In this document: positions 63,083 through 64,000 of the stretch, piece after piece
Layout of the letters: each line of letters opens with the position of its first letter
Position numbering within the stretch: the first letter of the stretch is position 1
Position numbers and translations under genes: made by a program
DNA from: Hydrolagus colliei
Taxonomy: Eukaryota
DNA: 64,000 bases
Direction of reading: 5' to 3'
Assembly (NCBI GenBank): GCA_035084275.1
Contig: CM068746.1
Coordinates: forward strand, 2,294,001 to 2,358,000
Notes under the pieces: generated by a model
The model's input: the letters and a program-made list of their open reading frames with translations, nothing else
Databases searched by the model: none
What the model was told of the DNA's origin: nothing

Positions 63083-63400
63083 ATAATAATAATAATCCTT
63101 GCATTTGATATTGCGCTTGATTTTATTGTCAAGACATCGAAAACTCCTCACAGGATATACTGAGACGTGGAATGACTATGTACTTTGTGAGCAAACTCAG
63201 CAGCCAATTTGCACACAAACATGTCAACAAACAGCTATGGAGTGAATAACTGGTCAATTCTATTTGGGGGATGACTGACTGCCCACAAAATATACAGTCG
63301 ATTCACTTTACAATATATTTTGTGAAGCGCTTTGAGACGGTCGATAAGACGTGATAAGGCATTCTATCAAATGCAATCTTATTCTTCTTATTATTATTCA
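63083..63400. mobile_element. Back-to-back SINE tails (minus 63083-63260, plus 63275-63400)
   Basis: Tail consensus on both strands. Confidence 0.82.
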
Positions 63401-64000
63401 TGTACAGCAGAGACAGCTTTTCATTGCCTCCATTTTAACTGATTGGTTAGATTCATATTGTTTTGAATGACAGCGAGTAAACAAATAAGTGTGAGTCTTT
63501 CAAGTAAATTCAGCCTTTCGAGACATTGGGAAAGAAAACACAAGGCAGCCTAGGCTATTAGAAAGAGGCATCAAATGATTGTATGAATCTGTAACAGCGG
63601 TAATGACACAACAAGAGAACTATTTTCTCTGGATGAGATGTCACACATGAGTGTCACAATTTTTGTTAATTTTTCTGCTCTAACTGTAGACTTACTAGGA
63701 AGCTAGGATTCATATATAGAGATATTGTTGTTTGCTTTATTCCTGTTTACCCAGGTAAGAATTATGCAACTCAAAATATCATTTGCATTTTTATTAACAT
63801 CAAGACGCTTATACAGCTGACCTGAATTGATGTGTTTCCTTCAGTAGAAATAATTTCAGAGCGCTTTCCAAATAAAAGACAAAATTGTTAATGGCATAAT
63901 CAAGTTACAATTTCCACCCAATTCCTAATTACGTTGGGTAGCTGTAACACGACAGTCCTAGCTATTATTATTTATTTTACCGGGATCTCGTCTGTTAAAG

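Overview
Eukaryotic, AT-rich, apparently non-coding (intergenic or large-intron) DNA. The repeat content points to a cartilaginous fish, most like elephant shark/chimaera; this is inferred from recalled repeat consensi, not a database search. The repeats are a young tRNA-derived SINE with an L2-type tail, older DeuSINE/SacSINE1-like and AmnSINE2-like SINEs, L2 and CR1 LINE fragments, and Penelope-type terminal-repeat remnants. The only clearly coding sequence is a 5'-truncated, decayed L2 LINE (about 17.1-19.3 kb, minus strand) with a 604-aa reverse-transcriptase ORF. The other listed ORFs are chance ORFs, SINE translations, LINE fragments or N-gap artefacts. I recognised no host protein-coding exon, rRNA or real tRNA, and I found no convincing new multi-gene system. 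The most notable signals are: a 339-bp inverted templated duplication inside a SINE; a near-perfect 33-bp pre-miRNA-sized hairpin inside an old SINE; a chimeric SINE insertion carrying about 180 bp of foreign sequence; covarying 3' stem-loops shared by LINE and SINE families; recurrent back-to-back retroposon tails; degenerate hammerhead-like Penelope remnants; and several candidate conserved non-coding elements. Repeat boundaries are read by eye (about +/-10-20 bp).
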